The translations under genes were made by a program, and so were the position numbers. Positions 57,766-64,000 of a DNA stretch of 64,000 nt are shown here, in pieces. The DNA lies in sequence record MK250029.1; one strand, given 5' to 3'. The notes below the pieces were generated by a model. It was given only the letters and a program-made list of their open reading frames with translations. It was not told the origin of the DNA and ran no database searches. Numbering within the stretch: position 1 is the stretch's first letter; each line of letters starts with the position of its first letter.

Positions 57766-58197
57766 TTAAACTTTCTTAATATTTTTATGTTTTGAAAGTC
57801 CTATATTATTTAAATAATTATATAATTCTATCACAGAATCTCGATGAACTACCACTAATTCATCATTAATAAGTGTTATTTCTATACGTGGTTTTTCATA
57901 TAAAATATTATCTTCAATAATATAATTATTTGCTATATTATCTTCGATATATTCTTTCATATACAATTCATTTAATTTTGCCCTTGTTATTTTACCAGAA
58001 AATAACTGTTCAAATATATCATCTTTATAATATACACATTCAATTTCTACTTTAAATCCCTTAAATTTTAATCGCCGTCTCTTAACAGTTCCTTTACGAT
58101 GAATTAATGTACATACAAAACTTTCATTAAGAACATCTTTCTTATCAAATATTTTAATAGAAATAACTTTATCTACGTTTATATATTTGTCTATCAT
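57766..58197 (-). CDS. hypothetical protein (143 aa)
   Basis: ORF track. ATGA overlap with the upstream gene. Confidence 0.7.
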   Translation of the reverse strand: MIDKYINVDKVISIKIFDKKDVLNESFVCTLIHRKGTVKRRRLKFKGFKVEIECVYYKDDIFEQLFSGKITRAKLNELYMKEYIEDNIANNYIIEDNILYEKPRIEITLINDELVVVHRDSVIELYNYLNNIGLSKHKNIKKV

Positions 58198-58934
58198 TTA
58201 TTCCAATTAAATATATTAAATAAATTATGATTATTAGCATAATTAAAAGCAGAACTATGTTTATTTCTAAATTCTGTTTTATTTTTACATTTTTTCATAA
58301 TATCTATAACTTCTATATCATTCCATTTATATTTTAATCCACCAATACTACCTGCATTCATACGATTTAAGATAGTATAATTCATTTCTTTATAATATTC
58401 TACCCAATATATTTCTCTTGTAGATGCTTCATAAACAGATAAATTTGTTTCAAGAATAATCGGTTCTGGTATATTACCATATTTTGTCATAAAATAATTA
58501 TAAACAGCAGAATTACTATATTTTCTTTTATGTTGTTCAAAACGTTTTTTTGAATGTGTCAACCCTATATAAATACTATTTGTTAATTTATCTATATATG
58601 CATAAATAAAAAACTGTTTATTTAATAAATGAAATTCTTTACTTTTTGATAACCATGAAAATGTATTAATCCATGCTTTTTCATTTGATAATTTACATAA
58701 ATAATTATCATGTTCATAAAAATCTATATAAGTATTATATTTTTTCGCAATATTATATACTTCATTATATGACCATAAAGAATAATGATTTATTGGTAAT
58801 ACTTTATCTAATAAACCATTATTCTTTGTATATGTATATAATGTTCTGTTATGATGACATAAATCTCTTCTATTTTTATATTTAGTTAATAATAATTCTA
58901 ACTATTCATTTGTATAATTATCATATTTTTTCAT
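58194..58934 (-). CDS. GIY-YIG homing endonuclease with flanking helical repeats (246 aa, code 15)
   Basis: ATG 58934, TAG at codon 11. FFIYAYIDKLTNSIYIGLT...RFEQHK, EIYWV, LNRMNAG, W-x-x-E...KKY repeats on both sides. Confidence 0.8.
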
Positions 58935-58939
58935 AATTT

Positions 58940-59479
58940 TTACTTTTTAAATACATCAATATCATCATCCAAACCTGTACTCATTACTGTCTTTGAACGA
59001 CCTGAAGAAACTACAGTATACTCAATATCTGCTGTATTACTAATAAACCACTTTCCTGGATAACGTGAACACAAATCTCTATGCTCTCTTACAATATCTA
59101 ACATTCGTTCCTGATTCTTCTGAAACTCTGTTCGCAATACCTCTACACTTTGCATAATATTCTTATAAAGACTTGCATCAAACTGAGGATTTGCTTCAGT
59201 AATCCACTTCATCAATGAACCATCATTTGCATCATAACGTTCACTCATGATATGTGTGTAAATCTTGTCAAAATCAGATGCATACTTATCACTGATTTGC
59301 GCCTGCTGGGCAATAACTTTCCACATCTTATCATGACAACCTTCAATCTTTCCACGCTGTGCTTCAGCTTCATTTCTCAATGAAATTTCCTGGTTATTAT
59401 ATGTAAAATACATAGATACACCAGAGATTACAAAAATACCGATAACCACGGCAATAATAACAATTACAATCTTCTTCAT
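58940..59479 (-). CDS. LemA-like membrane-anchored protein (179 aa)
   Basis: N-terminal TM helix, then YNNQEISLRNEAEA and a helical body ending YPGKWF. Confidence 0.65.
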   Translation of the reverse strand: MKKIVIVIIAVVIGIFVISGVSMYFTYNNQEISLRNEAEAQRGKIEGCHDKMWKVIAQQAQISDKYASDFDKIYTHIMSERYDANDGSLMKWITEANPQFDASLYKNIMQSVEVLRTEFQKNQERMLDIVREHRDLCSRYPGKWFISNTADIEYTVVSSGRSKTVMSTGLDDDIDVFKK

Positions 59480-59497
59480 AAATTATTTAATAAATTA

Positions 59498-59656
59498 TTA
59501 TTTAGTATTATTTTTATTTAATTCATAAACAACAAAATGATGATATTCATTCATTGCTTTTTTTAATTGTGATGCATCAGTAGACAAATACTGAGCAGCA
59601 ACATACATATTATCTGCTAATTTTTTTAATTTTTCAAATTTCTCATTTGTATTCAT
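59498..59656 (-). CDS. small hypothetical protein (52 aa)
   Basis: ATG 59656 MNTNEKFEKLKKLADNMY to TAA 59498. Fills the operon gap. Confidence 0.6.
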   Translation of the reverse strand: MNTNEKFEKLKKLADNMYVAAQYLSTDASQLKKAMNEYHHFVVYELNKNNTK

Positions 59657-59666
59657 AACAATGAAA

Positions 59667-59891
59667 TTACATTACTTTTCGATAATATACATTTCCTTCT
59701 TCCTCAAACATTTCAATCTGAAAAACCTCATAATCTGTATATTCATTTCCGTTAGAAAAGTCTGTTAATTTTCCATCTGTAGATTTAATATGTCCAGAAA
59801 TAGTATTATCTCCACATGGATGAATTTCATATACACCATTTGTATTCTTTACTTCTGTAATAGTTCTTACAATATCACCAATCATTACCAT
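59667..59891 (-). CDS. hypothetical protein (74 aa)
   Basis: ORF track. Confidence 0.65.
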   Translation of the reverse strand: MVMIGDIVRTITEVKNTNGVYEIHPCGDNTISGHIKSTDGKLTDFSNGNEYTDYEVFQIEMFEEEGNVYYRKVM

Positions 59892-59920
59892 ATTAATATT
59901 TTATATTTAATTAAACATTA

Positions 59921-60298
59921 TTAAAGTTTCTCTACCAATGTATCAAGATTATCTATAGTAATTCCTTGAACATCGAATTCTATTTTATTATCATTAATAT
60001 TTTTTACAGTTAATACACTATAATCATAATAAATCTTATCACCTACTGTAAGTTCAGAAGCTTTAACAGTTTTAGATTCACCATAATTATGAGTTTCTCT
60101 ACGAAATTCATCCATACCTTCAATTGTAATTGGACAAATAGCTTCATAATGTTCTAATATCCATTCTTTACTACAATTGCCAGATACAAATTCAGGAGCA
60201 CCATAGCCTTTTGGCAATCCTAAATAGTCCTTTACTTTAGACATATTATCTACATATTCTGATGCTTTATGCCACTTTATATTATTATTTGTATTCAT
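59921..60298 (-). CDS. hypothetical protein (125 aa)
   Basis: ORF track. Confidence 0.7.
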   Translation of the reverse strand: MNTNNNIKWHKASEYVDNMSKVKDYLGLPKGYGAPEFVSGNCSKEWILEHYEAICPITIEGMDEFRRETHNYGESKTVKASELTVGDKIYYDYSVLTVKNINDNKIEFDVQGITIDNLDTLVEKL

Positions 60299-60367
60299 AA
60301 TCTTTATTTTTTAATTGTTTATTATTTCATTAACAATACAAAGATACACATTTTATTTCAAATAAAA

Positions 60368-60396
60368 AAATCTTGGATAAAGAATATCCAAGATTT
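60368..60396 (-). terminator. terminator hairpin after clpX
   Basis: aaatcttggata / tatccaagattt 12-bp stem. Confidence 0.7.
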
Positions 60397-60419
60397 AAAA
60401 TGATAATTTAAAATAATAA

Positions 60420-62633
60420 TTAATTATATGTATTTTCATACTCCAATAGTTTTTCCTTAGCATATTCTATTGTTATATGAAGTTGTTTTTCATCTGTTGC
60501 TGGCATTTTATACATATCATCAGATAATAATGCTTCTACAATACCTCTTAAACCTCTTGCACCTAATTTATTCTTTATTGATAATTTAACAATATAATCA
60601 TATACATCATCATCAATAATAAGTTCAATACCATCTAATTCAAATAATTTTTTGAATTGTTTTATAATTGCATTCTTAGGTTCAATCAATATTCTTTTCA
60701 AATCTTCTTCTGATAATGGATTAAGATATGTAATAATTGGAAGACGTCCAATTAATTCCGGTATTAAACCAAAATTCTTAAAATCTTCAGCATTTGCATA
60801 TTTAAGAATATTATTATTTTCTTTATCTTCTATATATTGTTTATTCTCTTCTTTAGATATAAAACCTAATGAAGATTTATTCATACGTCTTTCAATAATT
60901 TTATCTAAACCTACAAAAGCACCTCCACAAATAAACAAAATATTTTTTGTATCAACTTGAACCATTTTTGCATCAGGATGTTTTCTGCCTCCCTTTGGCG
61001 GAACATTTACAACAGTACCTTCAATAATCTTAAGTAATGCCTGTTGAACACCTTCACCTGAAACATCTCTTGTTATAGACGGATTACCTCCAGACTTTCT
61101 TGCAATCTTATCACAATTACCAGTAACAGTAACAAAATTATTTTGACGAATCATTATCATACCACTAGGAACAGTAACACAATATACATCATCAGTAAAA
61201 TCTTTATATACTTTTAATAATTTACTGTGTTGAGACATATATTTTTTATTTTTTATTACACAACAATATGAAATATCATATCCTTTTTTATATCTATTAT
61301 GAATAGAACAACTCATACCAGAAGTATGAGCAATAGTTTGTATAAATAACATTTCATCTAATTTAGAACTTGTAAAATATATATTATCCTTATAATAATT
61401 TAATAATCCATCCCAATATCTTAATTCATTTAAGAATAATTTCTTTTGTCTTATAGATGCGGTTATTAAACAATCTAGACATAATGTTTTCTTTCCATCC
61501 TTAAAAAATGGCATATTAGATATATCACCAAAATAAAAATTATGGTAACTATTTTTTTCATTAAATGTATATGTATATTTTATATGTAAATTATTTAATA
61601 TTTCGCTTAATCTATTATATTTTCGTTCTTTTTTAACGGTTAAATAACCATATTTACCATTTTTTATACAACCATCTGCAGCAAATGCCACTATAAATTT
61701 TAACATATCATCAGATATATCTATATCATTTCCGTCAAAAATACCTGTAACCGGGAAATCATATCCTTGATTTAATGATTTTTCTGCAATTACTTTTTTA
61801 ATTATATATTTGTCTCTGTATTTGCCATGACTAATAACAACTCTATTATGATTTGGTGTAGATGTATGTATTATTTGACCTGTTTTTGAATTTTGCAATG
61901 ATAATAATCCATTTAAACACTTATGCTTTACTATCCTTTCAGAATTTACTAATGACATTGTGCTATCACTATTCCATTGCATTATCTTTGTAGAATCTGT
62001 TAAATCTTTAAAAGGAATAAAACCATTTTCTGTCATTACTTCAGTATTTCCATCAAAACATTCATCTAAAAAGACTATGCCATGTTCTGCTTTCTTAACA
62101 TCATAATCACATGCTTGAAGAAGTCTTGTAATAGAAGTTTCTACATCATCACCTACGTAACCTGCTTCTGTAATTGAATTGCAATCTACTATACTAATAG
62201 GCACATCTAACATTTTAGCTATAGACTTAACCAATAACGTTTTTCCAACGCCAGTTTCTCCACAAAGTATGCAATTTGACTTCTCAATTTCAACATCATC
62301 AAATCCTTTTTGCTTTATTCGTTTATAATGGTTATAAACTGCAACTGCTAATCTTTGTTTTGCTTTATCTTGTCCAATAACATATTGATCTAGAAATTCT
62401 TTAATCTCTGTAGGTTTCTTTACATCATCTTTATGAAATTCATCTTCTGGTATAAAATTTGTATTATGATTAATTATACTAAGATTCATATTGTATATTT
62501 GATCACAACACTCATTACATATACTACCAAATTCACCATTAAATAATAATGCAACATCTTTTTTTGTTTTACCACAAAATGAACATTTGTTTTCTTTATT
62601 TGTATCTTTATTTTTATCTTTCTTAACTGCCAT
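60420..62633 (-). CDS. clpX: ClpX ATP-binding subunit containing an intein (737-aa precursor, about 422 aa spliced)
   Basis: CSFCGK...ICNECC zinc domain, [38 protein letters not shown]...[33 protein letters not shown]-free. Confidence 0.95.
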   Translation of the reverse strand: MAVKKDKNKDTNKENKCSFCGKTKKDVALLFNGEFGSICNECCDQIYNMNLSIINHNTNFIPEDEFHKDDVKKPTEIKEFLDQYVIGQDKAKQRLAVAVYNHYKRIKQKGFDDVEIEKSNCILCGETGVGKTLLVKSIAKMLDVPISIVDCNSITEAGYVGDDVETSITRLLQACDYDVKKAEHGIVFLDECFDGNTEVMTENGFIPFKDLTDSTKIMQWNSDSTMSLVNSERIVKHKCLNGLLSLQNSKTGQIIHTSTPNHNRVVISHGKYRDKYIIKKVIAEKSLNQGYDFPVTGIFDGNDIDISDDMLKFIVAFAADGCIKNGKYGYLTVKKERKYNRLSEILNNLHIKYTYTFNEKNSYHNFYFGDISNMPFFKDGKKTLCLDCLITASIRQKKLFLNELRYWDGLLNYYKDNIYFTSSKLDEMLFIQTIAHTSGMSCSIHNRYKKGYDISYCCVIKNKKYMSQHSKLLKVYKDFTDDVYCVTVPSGMIMIRQNNFVTVTGNCDKIARKSGGNPSITRDVSGEGVQQALLKIIEGTVVNVPPKGGRKHPDAKMVQVDTKNILFICGGAFVGLDKIIERRMNKSSLGFISKEENKQYIEDKENNNILKYANAEDFKNFGLIPELIGRLPIITYLNPLSEEDLKRILIEPKNAIIKQFKKLFELDGIELIIDDDVYDYIVKLSIKNKLGARGLRGIVEALLSDDMYKMPATDEKQLHITIEYAKEKLLEYENTYN
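61116..62060 (-). mobile_element. intein with LAGLIDADG homing endonuclease (315 aa) in the ClpX Walker B motif
   Basis: Begins CFDGNTEV after VFLDE and ends [24 protein letters not shown] before C(+1)DKI. Internal FIVAFAADG and ELRYWDG blocks. Confidence 0.9.
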
Positions 62634-62750
62634 AATTAAAAACTAAAACTTAAATAACTATAATAACAACATATATTATATATTATGTAATAAATAAAGT
62701 TTAAAAATAATACAAATAAATAACTAAGAACAAATTTATTAAAAAAAAGA

Positions 62751-64000
62751 ATGTAGACCATAAAAATTAAATATACAATAAACGATAATGATAAATTATT
62801 GCTTAATGATTATATTAGACAGTATAATCATGTATATCGTGTTGCATTTAATAATTTATAGTCACATAAGAAAAATAAATTATCCGAATTAACAAATTTA
62901 AACAATATAGATTTATTAGATAGTTGATTTATATAGTCTGCTAATTATGAAGTGAAAACTTTATATAAATTAGTTGGTGATAAAAAAGTTATATTTGGTG
63001 GAAGAAAAAACTTTATAAAAAGATGTTAGAATAAAATTTCATATGATGAATTTAATTCATATAGATTTCAACCATTATGTAGTTATGGTGAAAAGAAATC
63101 AGGTACGAAATCTGTTCATGGAAATAGAAAATTTAAATTATCAGATGACCTAATATTTATAACATTAAAATTAAAAGAAAGAAAAATTAAAATTAATCTA
63201 CCAAAATATTTACATTCAAATATCAAATATATACTTAAAAATGTATATGTACACCAAATATTAGATGATACACCTATTACATATAAAATAGATTATAATT
63301 ATGTATATATTCAGTTTGATGAATCTGTAATTTTAAATAAAAATAATAATTTAGATAAAATATAGAATCGCGTATTATCATTAGATTTAAATCCTAATTA
63401 TATAGGTTGGTCTATAGTTGATTGGAAGTCAGAGAATGAATTCAATGTTATCAAATCAGGTGTTTATTCTATAAAGAATTTAAATGATAAAGTTTTTAAT
63501 TTAAAAAATAAAGGTTACTCATCAGATTCTAGTGAAAGAAAATATATTTCAGATAAGCGTAATTTTGAGACAATATAGATAGTAAAGAATATAGTTAATA
63601 AATCTATATATTATAAATGTCAACTTATTTCTATAGAGGATTTAAATATTAAATCTTCAGATTTGAATAAAGGTAAGCGACTCAATAAGTTAATTAATAA
63701 TTCATGGTGTAGAAATACATTTGTAAATAATTTAACTAAAAGATGTAATATTCATAATATGAAATTATTAAAGGTTAAACCAGAATATTCAAGTTTTATT
63801 GGTAATTTCTTATATCGTTCATTAAATTTACCGGATATGATATTGGCTTCAATAGAAATAGGAAGACGAGGATATGAATTTTATAATCAATATATAAGTA
63901 AAGTAAAAGAAATTAAAAAGAATATAATAAAACCAGATCTAAATATGTTTAATAGATTGTATCTTAAGTCGTTGGAAGAATTTAAGTTACAACCAATATA
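62751..64000 (+). pseudogene. tnpB: TnpB-like RuvC nuclease, copy 3, with in-frame TGA at codon 59; runs off the window end
   Basis: ATG TAG ACC (MQTIKIKY). TGA 62925-62927 where copies 1 and 2 have TGG (LLDSW). Frame otherwise open to 64000 with RuvC motifs intact. Confidence 0.75.

Noticed and set aside
1-64000. tRNA genes (including an amber suppressor) and rRNA
   Set aside because: No T-arm GTTCGA/cloverleaf pattern seen by eye. A tRNAscan/ARAGORN run would be needed to exclude them formally

Overview
This is a very AT-rich segment of a large T4-like dsDNA phage, most consistent with a Lak-type megaphage. That assignment is inferred from the gp23-type capsid gene, the composition and the genetic code. 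The supplied ORF track uses the standard code and fragments most genes. TAG is read as Gln (code 15): genes run through TAG to TAA/TGA, and TAG aligns with CAA between paralogous tnpB copies. After re-annotation the window holds the major capsid protein, a gp15-like tail terminator, a ~2012-aa Ig-like fibre protein, two giant acidic head/scaffold-like proteins, a MoxR-type AAA + vWA-metallopeptidase + nucleotidyltransferase module, a Ro60/TROVE-like (DUF2828) protein, an intein-containing ClpX, LRR-like paralogues, three homing-type endonucleases, an IS607-like tnpA-tnpB pair and two more tnpB copies. The most striking feature is a 1438-aa GIY-YIG + SF2 helicase + m6A methyltransferase gene. 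Its C-terminal specificity region lies in a 1.34-kb segment bounded by 30-bp inverted repeats, facing a second, start-less, in-register paralogous C-terminus. This is the layout of an invertible specificity switch (shufflon) in a phage-encoded restriction-modification-like enzyme. No tRNA or CRISPR array was recognised. There is a 119-nt assembly gap at 20430-20548. All coordinates and translations were derived by hand and should be confirmed computationally with table 15.
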